From contig DATGJN010000085.1 of the NCBI GenBank assembly GCA_035295165.1, positions 34,707 through 98,706 on the forward strand: a DNA stretch of 64,000 bases, given 5' to 3'. Below are positions 48,581 through 58,600 of this stretch, piece by piece. Numbering within the stretch: the first letter of the stretch is position 1; each line of letters opens with the position of its first letter. The DNA is from a bacterium. GTDB lineage: Bacteria; Sysuimicrobiota; Sysuimicrobiia; Sysuimicrobiales; Segetimicrobiaceae. The notes beneath the pieces were generated by a model. That model had not been told where the DNA came from, made no database searches, and saw nothing but the letters and a program-made list of their open reading frames with translations. The position numbers and the translations under genes were made by a program.

Positions 48581-49224
48581 GGATCACCAAGATTGTGATA
48601 GCCGAGGGTCTCCCAGAAACCTGGCTCATCCGTATCGACCAGGCGCAGCCCCCGGACCCACTTTGCGCTCTTCCAAAAATACAGGCGAGGCACCAGCAGC
48701 CGTGCCGGGCCCCCGTGCTCAGGCGGGAGCGGCTCGCCATCGTACGCATACGCGATCCACGCCTTGCCTCCCGTCACTTCATCACGTGGCAGGTTCGTGG
48801 TGTAGCCGCCGTCGCAGAAGGCGATGACGTAGTCGGCTTCGGATTCGATCTGCGCCAGCAACGTGTCGACGGAAACCCCCTCCCAGTGCGTGTCCAGTTT
48901 CGACCACTTGGTCACGCAGTGGATGTCGACCGTGATCGACTCGTGCGGCAGGGCGCGCAGTTCGTTCCAGGTCCAGCGCTTGGGCTGCGCCACACTGCCC
49001 AGAATTGAAAAATCCCACCGCTCCAGCGGCGTATGAGGAGTCGGACCGGCCGACAGCACGGGAAACCCACGTTCCAGATACTGTCCAGGAGGGAGGCGCG
49101 CCGACACGTCGTTGCTCTGCCGACGTCCATGGAACGCGCGTGAGATGAAACTCTCTGGCACCTTGCCACCTCCCAGCAAACCGCTGCGTTCCTGTTCCAG
49201 CGGGACGCCGTCAGTCTGGTCCAC
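48550..49224 (-). CDS. sulfite-oxidase-family molybdopterin-binding oxidoreductase (cytoplasmic, YuiH-like)
   Basis: LPPGQ...FPVL and HCVTKWS Moco-binding blocks; 224 aa. Confidence 0.85.
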   Translation of the reverse strand: MDQTDGVPLEQERSGLLGGGKVPESFISRAFHGRRQSNDVSARLPPGQYLERGFPVLSAGPTPHTPLERWDFSILGSVAQPKRWTWNELRALPHESITVDIHCVTKWSKLDTHWEGVSVDTLLAQIESEADYVIAFCDGGYTTNLPRDEVTGGKAWIAYAYDGEPLPPEHGGPARLLVPRLYFWKSAKWVRGLRLVDTDEPGFWETLGYHNLGDPWKEQRYAGD

Positions 49225-49450
49225 GAGTCGCTACGTGGTTCCAGCAGTCCCTGGGGATTCCTGCGGCCAGTGTTCGGACAGGCGGACGGTCGACTGGATG
49301 CACGGCGAAGACGGGCACGGGGCGGCGCAGCGATCGCCCGTACCCAGGATCGCGCGTGCGGGATTCTTGTCCACGATGGCGGCGAACGTGCACCTCAGGC
49401 ATCTTGATTGGACCGCCGATCGGCGAGGAAGTGTTCGCGGGGATCTTCAG

Positions 49451-50689
49451 TCACGACGGTCGTCGGAGGACGAGGACGGCGTTGTGTCCCCCGAATCCGA
49501 ACGCGTTGGTCATCGCCACGTCAACCCGAGCCGGCCGTGCCGTGTTGGGGATGCAATCGAGGTCACACTCTGGGTCCGGGGTCTCATAGTTGATCGTCGG
49601 CGGCAGCACCGCGCGTTCGATAGCCAACGCACACACCGCGACCTCGACAGCCCCGGCGGCGCCAAAGAGATGCGCGGTCATGGATTTCGTCGAACTCACC
49701 GCAAGCTGAGCGGCGTGGTCACCAAACACGCGCTTGATCGCCACCGTCTCTAGGCGATCGTTCAGGATCGTGCTCGTCCCGTGAGCGTTGATGTAACCGA
49801 CCTGCGCCGGGTCCAGCGACGCGTCGCGAAGCGCTAGCCGCATCGCTCGCGCGGCTCCGTCCCCCTCCGGATCCGGCTGGGTGATATGGTGCGCATCCGC
49901 GCTCCTCCCGTACCCCGCAACCTCGGCGTAGATGCGCGCGCCGCGCCGCTCGGCGTGTTGCCATTCCTCGAGCAATACAATCCCGGCGCCTTCGCCCAAC
50001 ACGAACCCATCCCGGTGGGCGTCAAAGGGCCTCATCGCCTTCTCGGGAGCGTCGTTTCTCGTGCTCATCGCCCTCATGGCGCACAGCCCTGCGAGACTGA
50101 GGGGGGTGATGGCGGCTTCTGTGCCACCGCAGACCATCGCATCGGCCTCGCCGTGCTGGATCGCCCGCAGCGCGTCACCCACGGCGTGTCCACCAGTCGC
50201 GCAGGCCGACACAGCCGACGCATTCGGTCCGCGCGCGCCCGTGTCGATGCTCACCATGCCGGCCGCCCCGTTGATCATGAGACTGGGGACGAAAAACGGG
50301 CTCACACGACCAGGGCCGCGTTCCAACATGAGCCGGTGCTGTTCCTCCCAGGTCTGCGCTCCGCCGATCCCAGACCCAATGATCACCCCGACGCGTTCCG
50401 CGTTGTGGAGCGTGATGGCGAACCCGGCGTCCTCTAACGCGAGCCGTGCGGCGGCGAGCGCAAACTGCGCGAACCGGTCACTGCGACGGATCTCCTTCTT
50501 GCCCATGAAGTCACCCGGGTCGAAATCCAAGACCTCCCCGGCGATCTGTGTGTCGTACGGGCGAGCATCAAACGATGAGATCCGGCGAACCCCCGACCGG
50601 CCTTCGATGAGGCCACTCCAAAAGGCCGTCTTGCCGACCCCGACCGGAGTAACAACGCCCAAGCCCGTAAGCGCGACACGGTTGCCCAT
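49451..50689 (-). CDS. fabF: beta-ketoacyl-ACP synthase II
   Basis: The internal start ([13 protein letters not shown]) is preceded by GGAAGGGA. The Cys-His-His triad blocks are present (SACATG, HGTST, GHNAV). Confidence 0.9.
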   Translation of the reverse strand: MGNRVALTGLGVVTPVGVGKTAFWSGLIEGRSGVRRISSFDARPYDTQIAGEVLDFDPGDFMGKKEIRRSDRFAQFALAAARLALEDAGFAITLHNAERVGVIIGSGIGGAQTWEEQHRLMLERGPGRVSPFFVPSLMINGAAGMVSIDTGARGPNASAVSACATGGHAVGDALRAIQHGEADAMVCGGTEAAITPLSLAGLCAMRAMSTRNDAPEKAMRPFDAHRDGFVLGEGAGIVLLEEWQHAERRGARIYAEVAGYGRSADAHHITQPDPEGDGAARAMRLALRDASLDPAQVGYINAHGTSTILNDRLETVAIKRVFGDHAAQLAVSSTKSMTAHLFGAAGAVEVAVCALAIERAVLPPTINYETPDPECDLDCIPNTARPARVDVAMTNAFGFGGHNAVLVLRRPS

Positions 50690-51247
50690 AGTCGTCCCTT
50701 CCTCAGCACGGCCTTGACGCGCGACAGCGAGTCCTTCACCGCACAACGCCGGAGGCCTGCCCGGCAGTCCCCAACACAGCTCACTCACGAGGGTTCGGTG
50801 GGGGGAGCTGCCGGCGTGAGCGCCGGCCCGACGTCCGATTCAGTCACCCGGAGGGGAGAACCGCCGGCAGCCGATCACAGCGGGGCCGTACCGGACGACC
50901 CGGGCAACGGGGGCCGCATGAAGAGACTGCGCGCGCTGCGCCCAGCACGGCGCCCTGAGTGTCGCGCGCCACCTCAAACCGCGGCACGTACGGGCTGACC
51001 GACGAGCATCGGAACGATACGCGTTCGGGATGCACCGGTCGGTCCCGCATCGTCTCGCGGGGCCCCGCCGGTGCCAGGGCGCGAAAGAGACCTCAGGAGG
51101 CGGATCAGCGGGCGTCGCTTCGCGCCAGTGCGGCCCGACGATTGCGCAGGCACCTTCCGTCCTCGGCTCCCGGTACCGGTCGATCGACGCCGCAGCCGAC
51201 AGGGTCGTGCTGCACCGTCGGACGGTGGGTCGCCAATCACCACTCCG

Positions 51248-52006
51248 TCAGTCCGCTGCCCCACCGGGCTTGGGACGGCTCCGCGACTCAATCTCCGACA
51301 GAGGAAGCACGCTGTCGTCCTCCGCCAGTCCGCCTTGCTTGTACAGGGCACGCCGCTTCTGTCGGTCGCCCTCGGCGACCTCCCGGGCGTACGTCGCCAC
51401 CTGGTCCGCGAAGTCGCGCGGCACGACCACGACGCCGTCACCGTCCGCGACCACCACGTCCTCCGGTTTGACCAGCACACCTCCGCAGTTGATCGGCACC
51501 TGCTCCGCGTTGAACTCAAGGCGGGCCGGCCGGATGGTCTTCTCGATACGCGCGCAGTACACGCGGCATCCTTGTCGGATCAGCTCGTCGGTGTCTCGTG
51601 CTCCCCCGTTCGTCACCACGCCAACCGCGCCGCGAAGAATCCAGCTGAGCGTGTTGTTGGATCCCGCGAAGCCGACGCGAGTGTCGGCGCCATCGATGAC
51701 GACGACATCGCCAGCGTGGATTTCCATCTGCGGCCCCGAAGCCAACTGTCGGTACCAATCGCGGATGAACGCCCGCATCTCATCCGGGGTGCGTGCCGTG
51801 ACCGGGTGATTCGTCGGCACAAACCGAAGCGTGTGCGCGAACCCCACGAAACGGTGTGTGAGATTCACGACGTCCCGCACCAGTGGACGGATCGCCGGAT
51901 CCATGAGTCCGATATCCTGATAGCCGAGCATGTCCAATCCGTCCGCAACATCCGTCACGCGGAGTTCCCGATACAGGTCGAGCAACCGCTGCCGTTCCGG
52001 ATCCAT
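51248..52006 (-). CDS. RraA family protein (HMG/CHA aldolase / oxaloacetate decarboxylase-like), paralog 1
   Basis: GDVVVIDG...GxxDxxE-like blocks (RGAVGVVTNGGARDTDE); 252 aa. Confidence 0.8.
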   Translation of the reverse strand: MDPERQRLLDLYRELRVTDVADGLDMLGYQDIGLMDPAIRPLVRDVVNLTHRFVGFAHTLRFVPTNHPVTARTPDEMRAFIRDWYRQLASGPQMEIHAGDVVVIDGADTRVGFAGSNNTLSWILRGAVGVVTNGGARDTDELIRQGCRVYCARIEKTIRPARLEFNAEQVPINCGGVLVKPEDVVVADGDGVVVVPRDFADQVATYAREVAEGDRQKRRALYKQGGLAEDDSVLPLSEIESRSRPKPGGAAD

Positions 52007-52153
52007 GTGGCGCTCCCTCCCACTGTTGTGAGCGTCTCTCGCTGTTCGACTACCGTTGAGACACGTGTGCGGTTGGTGAGGTTTCACTTGGCGGCATCGC
52101 GGTCAGCGGCTCGATCACGAGCGCGGAACGCCTCAACGCCAGCTGCCTCTTGT

Positions 52154-53017
52154 TCACTTGATCCCTGTCGTCGCGATGCCCTCGGTCAGCAACCTCTCGA
52201 AGAACAGGAAGATCACGAAGATCGGAACGAGGCTGAGCGCCGACATCGCGAAGAGCGGGCCCCATTGGGATGCCTCGTTGAGGTCGAGGAACAAGTTCAA
52301 ACCCAGGGGAACCGTATACATCACCGGTTTGGTCAAGTAGAGCAACGGCCCCAGGAAATCGTTCCACGAGTTGATGAACGTGAAGATCCCCGTCGTCGCC
52401 ATCGCCGGCATGGACAGCGGGACGACAATGCGCAAGAACACCTGCCAATGGCCGCAGCCGTCGATGATGGCGGCCTCGTCGATTTCCCTCGGCAGCCCGC
52501 GGATGAACTGAACCATCAAGAAGACGAAGAACCCGTCGACCGCAAGCAAGCGGGGCACCACCAGCGGCAGATAGGTATTCAACCATCCGAAACGGAGGAA
52601 GAGGATGTACTGGGGAATGATCAGCACCTGGTAGGGTAGCATGATGGTCAACAGCATAATGGCGAAGAGGGTACCTCGAAGCCGGAACTGCAGCCGCGCG
52701 AAGGCATACGCCGCCATCGTGCACGAGCACACGTTCCCGAGCACCGCGACGCAGGCGATGATCAGGGAGTTCGCGAACAAGCGGCTGAACGACAGGTTCT
52801 GCATCGGATACCAGCCGCGTTGATAGTTGGCAAACGTCCACACCTTCGGCAGCAGCCCGACGTTCACGAAGATCTGAGCGCTCGGTTCGAACGACGCGCC
52901 CACCATCCACAGCACCGGGTAGAGCGTCGCCACCAGCAGGGCGATGAGCAGCACGTGGCGGGCCCCTCCGCCCAGGGTGGCGGTGAGGTGTCTCCGAGGG
53001 ATCGCGGCGGTATCCAT
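52154..53017 (-). CDS. carbohydrate ABC transporter permease (MalG-like)
   Basis: EAA loop region (IDEAAIIDGCGHWQVFLRIVVPL); 6 TM helices. Confidence 0.9.
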   Translation of the reverse strand: MDTAAIPRRHLTATLGGGARHVLLIALLVATLYPVLWMVGASFEPSAQIFVNVGLLPKVWTFANYQRGWYPMQNLSFSRLFANSLIIACVAVLGNVCSCTMAAYAFARLQFRLRGTLFAIMLLTIMLPYQVLIIPQYILFLRFGWLNTYLPLVVPRLLAVDGFFVFLMVQFIRGLPREIDEAAIIDGCGHWQVFLRIVVPLSMPAMATTGIFTFINSWNDFLGPLLYLTKPVMYTVPLGLNLFLDLNEASQWGPLFAMSALSLVPIFVIFLFFERLLTEGIATTGIK

Positions 53018-53023
53018 CCTGCC

Positions 53024-54031
53024 TCAGTCCGCGTAGTGCACCCAGAAACGCGCGCTCAGGAATGCCGCCCCAGTCAACACCGCGATCATGACCACCAGTA
53101 CCCATGCCATGGCCGCCGCATACCCCATGTCGTAGTTCACGAAACCCTGCTGATAGAGATAGAGGGCGTAGAGAAGCATCGAATCGGCGGGGCCGCCGGT
53201 GCCATTGCTGATCACGTAGGCGGAGGTGAAGACCTGAAATGCTCGGATCAGACCCAAAACCGTGTTGAAGAAGATCACCGGCGACAGCATGGGGATCGTG
53301 ATCTGGAGAAGCTGTCGCCACCGTCGCGCGCCGTCCACCGCAGCGGCCTCATAGAGGTCCTGGGGAATTTGACGAAGGCCGGCCAGGAAGATGATCATTG
53401 TCGCCCCGAACTGCCAGACATTCAGCAACACCAACGTATAGAGCGCGGTGCCCGGGCTCCCGATCCAACTCTGTCCCGTGATGTGAACCAGGGCGAGTAC
53501 ATGGTTCAGCATGCCGTCGATGCCGAACACCTGGCGCCACAGGACGGCAAGTGCAACGCTTCCGCCCAGCAGGGAAGGAAGATAGAACAGCCCCCGATAC
53601 AGGGTCAGGCCGCGGAGGCCGCGGTTCAGCACCAGCGCCAAGGCCAACGAGATCACGAGCACGGAGGGCACTGAGATCGCGACGTAGAGGACCGTCACGA
53701 CCAGCGACTGCAGGAAGCTGGGGTCCCCTGCTATCATCCGCCGATAGTTCGTGAGTCCCGTCCATGAGGGGGCGGACAACAGGTCGTAGTGCGTGAACGA
53801 GAGCCCGAGGGACGCCAGGAGCGGGCCGACCGTGATCCCGACGAGCCCGAGTAACCACGGAGCCAAGAAGAGATACGCGATACGGTCATCCCGACGGCGG
53901 GGCTTCGCCCCCGGGTGGCGCGGCCCCGCCGGCATCATCGCCGACTCGTGCCCGACCGACATGTTCGCATCTCGGCGAATGGGGGCCATGCGTCCCACCC
54001 GGGCGTGCGATGGATCACCCATCTCCGCCAT
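53024..54031 (-). CDS. carbohydrate ABC transporter permease (MalF-like)
   Basis: EAA loop (LYEAAAVDGARRWRQLLQITIPM); 6 TM helices. The start is uncertain. Confidence 0.85.
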   Translation of the reverse strand: MAEMGDPSHARVGRMAPIRRDANMSVGHESAMMPAGPRHPGAKPRRRDDRIAYLFLAPWLLGLVGITVGPLLASLGLSFTHYDLLSAPSWTGLTNYRRMIAGDPSFLQSLVVTVLYVAISVPSVLVISLALALVLNRGLRGLTLYRGLFYLPSLLGGSVALAVLWRQVFGIDGMLNHVLALVHITGQSWIGSPGTALYTLVLLNVWQFGATMIIFLAGLRQIPQDLYEAAAVDGARRWRQLLQITIPMLSPVIFFNTVLGLIRAFQVFTSAYVISNGTGGPADSMLLYALYLYQQGFVNYDMGYAAAMAWVLVVMIAVLTGAAFLSARFWVHYAD

Positions 54032-54035
54032 ATAC

Positions 54036-55442
54036 CTAGCGTATGGCCGCGTTGGTCTCGGAGAAAAAGGCCTTCACCGCTGACTCGACGCTCGCTTTCC
54101 CGAAGGCCACATTCGAATAGTTCCTCGCCAGGGCCTGGACCGCCGCGCTGTAGTTGGCCGGAAAGTCGACGATGGTGGGCTTGCCGGTGATGACCCCCCT
54201 GATGAACTGGAGGTAGTCCTTTGTCGCCGGCAACGCAGCACCCGCCTCGGCGATTTGCGCGTCCAACAACTTCGTCCCGGTCACAGCCCCGTTGTCCGAG
54301 GCGTACGCCTTCGCTCCGTCGGGGTCGTTGGTGAAGAAATTGATCCATGCCGCGGCGGTGGAGACGTTGGTACAGTTGGCCGCGATGGACAACCCGTTGT
54401 TCACGAGCACCTGACCGTTCCCGCTCGGACGCCTGGGGAAAGCGGCCAACTTCAACGTCCCCTTGCCGCTCGCCGTGAGCGGGGCCTGGATTGCGGCCAA
54501 CTGGTTCGCCGGCCGCTCGTCGAACATTGCTCTTCCGAGCGTGAGGTACCCCTGCTGGTTATCGCTCGGCTCCTCCTGCATCATGGCCGCCGTCACCGTG
54601 GCCCCCGCCTTGCGGAGGGTCTCCCACCAGTTCCAGTACTGCACCATGAGCTGTTCGGGAAAGCCCAGCTGCCCGCTCTTGGTGAAGACAGGTTGGCCAT
54701 GAGATGCGACCCACGCCCACAACAGGGAGTCGTCGCTGCCGCGCAGGTCGCTGGCGTACACACCGGACGGCAGCCTGTCCTTGGCGGCCAACAGCCACTG
54801 CTGCAGCTGGTCCCAGGTCATGTCCGCTGGCAACGGCGCGAGCCCTGCCTTCTCGGCCATCGTGGCGTTGTACATCCAGTTGTTGGTCGCCGACCCCGTC
54901 GGCACCATGTACAGCTTCCCGTCCCGGCCCCGACCGGAGTCTACGATTACCTTGGGAATTCCGGACACGTCAATCGCCCCTGACTGAACCAGGTCATCCA
55001 GCGGGCGCAGGGCTTGCCGGGTGTCGTACACGGTGAGGTACCGGACCTGCATTTGCGGCACGTCCGGAAGGTTATGCGCCGCGGCCTCGACCGTGAGCTT
55101 CTCCCAGTAGGTGTTGAAATCACCCACCGGCTGCCCGTCCAGCTTCGCCTTGGGGAACTTCTGCTGAAACAGCGCCATCACCGCCTGGGTTTTCCGGCTC
55201 CGCTCCCCGGTCCCCCACCAGGAGAACCCGATCTCGCCTTCGACCGGCCCTTTCCCGGGCGCCGGCGCGGCGTACCCGCTCTGCTCACCCTGAACTTCCT
55301 GGAGCAGGGCCGTCAGCCCGCCACTCGCTCCCAGCATGATGACCCCTTGACGCGCCAGAGCGAGAAAATCACGACGGCTTCGGACGGTACGGACCGCAGG
55401 ACGGCTCACATCGGTGGAGATTGATCGATCCATCGCGGGCAC
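54036..55442 (-). CDS. sugar ABC transporter substrate-binding protein (family 1), TAT/lipoprotein-type signal
   Basis: SRRDFLALARQGVIMLGASGG signal peptide; 468 aa with a solute-binding fold. Confidence 0.85.
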   Translation of the reverse strand: MPAMDRSISTDVSRPAVRTVRSRRDFLALARQGVIMLGASGGLTALLQEVQGEQSGYAAPAPGKGPVEGEIGFSWWGTGERSRKTQAVMALFQQKFPKAKLDGQPVGDFNTYWEKLTVEAAAHNLPDVPQMQVRYLTVYDTRQALRPLDDLVQSGAIDVSGIPKVIVDSGRGRDGKLYMVPTGSATNNWMYNATMAEKAGLAPLPADMTWDQLQQWLLAAKDRLPSGVYASDLRGSDDSLLWAWVASHGQPVFTKSGQLGFPEQLMVQYWNWWETLRKAGATVTAAMMQEEPSDNQQGYLTLGRAMFDERPANQLAAIQAPLTASGKGTLKLAAFPRRPSGNGQVLVNNGLSIAANCTNVSTAAAWINFFTNDPDGAKAYASDNGAVTGTKLLDAQIAEAGAALPATKDYLQFIRGVITGKPTIVDFPANYSAAVQALARNYSNVAFGKASVESAVKAFFSETNAAIR

Positions 55443-55568
55443 CTCCCGAAGAATCTTCGCTGATCCTACCCCTGAGCTCCCATCGCACCCGCACGTCGCC
55501 GCTGATCGAGTCCGGCGATTCCGCCGGCCTCTCCGGCCGCCTCCTCAGCGGCCGTACGCGGCGCCGCC

Positions 55569-56294
55569 TCACAAGCCTGCGTAGAAGGCTTCCATTTCTT
55601 CCACCGCGACGGTCTCGTCCAATGGCATCCCCAACTGCTGATAGAGCTCACGCCGCTTCACGGCGTCGTCGATCAAGATGCCTTTGGCGATCCGGACCAC
55701 GTCAAGTGCGACCTCCGCAGGGACGACGATGCACCCGTCGCCGTCACATCCGATGATGTCGCCCGGACGGACCAGGGCCCCGCCGCAGGCGACCGGCTCG
55801 TTCACCCCGGCAAACGTCACGCGCCCCGGGATGATGGTTCGACCTCGCCCGCGACACGCGACCGGGGTCTTCTGCAAGATCAGTTCATCGGTATCCCGTG
55901 CATATCCGTCCGTAACCACCCCGACCGCGCCCTTGGCGATCAGTCCAAGCGAGTTGTTCGACCCCCAGATGCCGGTCTCGGGGCATCCATCCGTTGCCGT
56001 GACCACCACGCAGCCTCGTCGCACGACACTGCCGATTTCGTTGCGTCCGTGCTCGGCAAACCACGTTGCGTGCGACCGGATCGCTCCCTCGGCCGAAAGC
56101 TTTGGCATGCGCACATTGGCCGGGAGCGCCCTCACCGTCACAGCCGGCCCCCAGAATCGCATGCCCTGCCAGAGCGGCCTGATGCGTTCGTCCATCAGTG
56201 TCAAATCCTGTCTGTCCACGGCGTCCAGGGCATCGACCACGTCGGTGATTCGGAGGTACTTGAACTTGCTGGCCAGTTCATACATGTCGGTCAC
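55569..56294 (-). CDS. RraA family protein, paralog 2
   Basis: RraA fold blocks (GAVGVVTDGYARDTDE); 241 aa. Confidence 0.8.
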   Translation of the reverse strand: MTDMYELASKFKYLRITDVVDALDAVDRQDLTLMDERIRPLWQGMRFWGPAVTVRALPANVRMPKLSAEGAIRSHATWFAEHGRNEIGSVVRRGCVVVTATDGCPETGIWGSNNSLGLIAKGAVGVVTDGYARDTDELILQKTPVACRGRGRTIIPGRVTFAGVNEPVACGGALVRPGDIIGCDGDGCIVVPAEVALDVVRIAKGILIDDAVKRRELYQQLGMPLDETVAVEEMEAFYAGL

Positions 56295-56469
56295 GCTCTG
56301 CTACACCCCCTGTCTGCTCCGAGTAGGTAGCGCTACACCCGTGATGCGGCGTCGATCGATGAACGCACCTGCCTCCGTTAGAAGCGCCACGGCCACGATC
56401 CGCAGTCATCGTTGCTCAGGGCCGACGTGCCGTACATGTCGACCTGCCTCGTTGTGAGTGGCGTCCACG

Positions 56470-56934
56470 CTATGCACCCGTGTTGCCGAAGCCGTTTCGC
56501 TCCATTTGGCGAATCTTCTCCACGCGCCTCGCGGCATCTTCGTCCCCGCTGAATCGGGCCTGCAAGTACGTGCTGACCAGATCAACCGCCAGCCACGATC
56601 CCACGATCTTTGCTCCGATGCACATGACGTTGGCATCGTCATGTTCGACGCACTGGTGGGCGGTATGACCATCGTGGCAGATCGACGCACGAATTCCCCG
56701 AATCTTGTTTGCCGCGATCACCACACCGGCTCCCGTCCCCGCCACCAGGACCGCGCGGTCGGCGTTCCCGTCGAGGACGTCCGCGCAGACCCTCCGAGTG
56801 ACGTCGGGAAAGTCCACCGGCGTCTCATCGTAGCTTCCATGGTCGGTCACATCATGACCGAGATCCTTGACGGCCTGGATGATCACCGTCTTCAGCCGAA
56901 AGCCTGCGTGATCACCGCCGATCGCGACTCTCAT
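56470..56934 (-). CDS. rpiB: ribose-5-phosphate isomerase B / LacAB-type sugar-phosphate isomerase
   Basis: MRVAIGGDHAGF...GTGAGVVIAANK...CHD motifs; 154 aa. Confidence 0.85.
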   Translation of the reverse strand: MRVAIGGDHAGFRLKTVIIQAVKDLGHDVTDHGSYDETPVDFPDVTRRVCADVLDGNADRAVLVAGTGAGVVIAANKIRGIRASICHDGHTAHQCVEHDDANVMCIGAKIVGSWLAVDLVSTYLQARFSGDEDAARRVEKIRQMERNGFGNTGA

Positions 56935-57024
56935 GCCGGGCTCCTTTCCTGAGTCCCGCCGCGGACCACCGGATTCACCGCCATCCGTTGCGGTGCCCTC
57001 ACCGCGTTCCGCTGCCCTGGGGTG

Positions 57025-57750
57025 TCAGCGTTCCGCGCGGCGCGGTTCGCCGCCTCCATCGAGCCCGTACGACAGGATGTCCTCCAGGGCGCTGGATATG
57101 TGCTGATGCATGAGCTGCCCGGCATCGGCGCCGTCGCGCGCTGCAATCAGTTCGATGAGCCGGTGATGTTCCTCGATCGCGCGCACCGGCCGTCCAATGA
57201 TACGGATGGTTCGCGCCACCAGCATCTCGCTCTGCGATTGAAGCTGGCCCATCACGGCGGCCAGGTACGAGTTCCGAGCCGCGCGCATGATGGCCGCGTG
57301 CAGGTCACGGTTATAGACTCGGTAGGCGTCCATGTCGCCGGCGGCCAGCGCGGCTTCCCCCACGGACTGGTGTTCTCGCAGCCACGTGATCTCGTCTTCC
57401 GTGATGCGCGCGCACGCCAGGCGGACGCTGAGACTTTCGAGCGCGGCCCGAATCTCGTAGAGCTCCTTGATCTCCTGCTTGGTATGCTCCCGCACAAACC
57501 AGCCCTGGTTCGGTCTCTTGATCGCCAGTCCATCGCTCTCGAGGCGCTGCATCGCTTCCCGAACCGGCGTCGTGCTCACTTCAAGCTGCCGCGCAATGGC
57601 TTCCGGGCGCAGCGGCGCTCCAGGCTCGATCCGCCTGCTGACGATACTGTTCAGCAGCGCCTGGTAGACTCGTGCGCCCAGCGGCAGGCTGTTCGACAAC
57701 GGCTCAAGCGCCTGGGACTGGCTGCCGTTGGCGGGCTTACCACTTGGCAT
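57025..57750 (-). CDS. GntR family transcriptional regulator (FadR/FCD subfamily)
   Basis: N-terminal winged HTH (LRPEAIARQLEVSTTPVREAMQRLESDGL) plus an FCD C-terminal domain. Confidence 0.85.
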   Translation of the reverse strand: MPSGKPANGSQSQALEPLSNSLPLGARVYQALLNSIVSRRIEPGAPLRPEAIARQLEVSTTPVREAMQRLESDGLAIKRPNQGWFVREHTKQEIKELYEIRAALESLSVRLACARITEDEITWLREHQSVGEAALAAGDMDAYRVYNRDLHAAIMRAARNSYLAAVMGQLQSQSEMLVARTIRIIGRPVRAIEEHHRLIELIAARDGADAGQLMHQHISSALEDILSYGLDGGGEPRRAER

Positions 57751-58591
57751 AGACGGCCTTTACGTCAGTGAAGACGTCTCTCGCGGTGGGGCCGATGGAG
57801 AACGCTCCCTGTCCAGATTCCCTTCGGCCGCCGAACGGCACGCACGCCTGGCTTGCCGTTCCGTGGCTCAGGTGGATGATCCCAGCGTCGATTCCCGCAG
57901 CGAACTTGTGTGTCAACTCCGTGCGCGAGGTGAACGCCGCCGCCAGACCGTACCGCGTGTCGTTCGCAACCGCGATGGCTTCATCCGCGTCCCGTACGCG
58001 GATCACCGGCAGGATGGGCCCGAAGATCTCCTCGCGCGCCAGGGCAGACATGACGAACACGGCGGAGCGGGGTGTCAGCGACGCCGGCTTGAACACCACG
58101 GTATTGCCGTACGCGATGGCCGGCGCGATCTTCCGCACGGGGGTGATGACCGGAACATTCCAGGGGTTGATGGTTGCGACCACCCCGAGCGGCTCCAGGA
58201 CGGTGTGGCAGGAAACGCTCGTGCGCTCACTCGGAAATGTCTGTCCCAAGGGACATCTGGCCTGGCCGGCCATGTACCGCGCCACCACCACGGCCCGGGA
58301 CACCTTGCCCACGGATTCGCTGAGCGCTTTTCCCTGTTCCAGCATGACGACCTCGGCAAGATCGCTCTTCGAATCCTCCAGGAGCTGCGCGGACCGGTAG
58401 AGTGGCGCACCCCGCTGCGGTCCTAGCGTTCCCGCCCAACCAGGGAATGCGGCAGCGTCGACGTGAGCCGGTCCGGATTGGGGGAACTGGCCCAATTCCT
58501 GTTCGGGATGGGCGGGGCTATGGGTCGCATAGTCGCTCCCCGTCCCGGGTGGCACCCAGTCTCCGGCAATAAAATTAGCGTACGGCTGCAT
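57737..58591 (-). CDS. aldehyde dehydrogenase family protein carrying a ~200-aa in-frame internal deletion (probably non-catalytic or a pseudogene)
   Basis: The ALDH N-terminal half (EPLGVVATINPWNVP, GNTVVFKPASLTP) joins directly to the C-terminal EEIFGPIL...YGLAAAFTS...PFGG. The catalytic ELGGKSP / Cys region and the Rossmann GxTxxG are missing. 284 aa versus the usual 480-500. Confidence 0.7.
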   Translation of the reverse strand: MQPYANFIAGDWVPPGTGSDYATHSPAHPEQELGQFPQSGPAHVDAAAFPGWAGTLGPQRGAPLYRSAQLLEDSKSDLAEVVMLEQGKALSESVGKVSRAVVVARYMAGQARCPLGQTFPSERTSVSCHTVLEPLGVVATINPWNVPVITPVRKIAPAIAYGNTVVFKPASLTPRSAVFVMSALAREEIFGPILPVIRVRDADEAIAVANDTRYGLAAAFTSRTELTHKFAAGIDAGIIHLSHGTASQACVPFGGRRESGQGAFSIGPTARDVFTDVKAVYAKW

Positions 58592-58600
58592 GCGCGTCTC

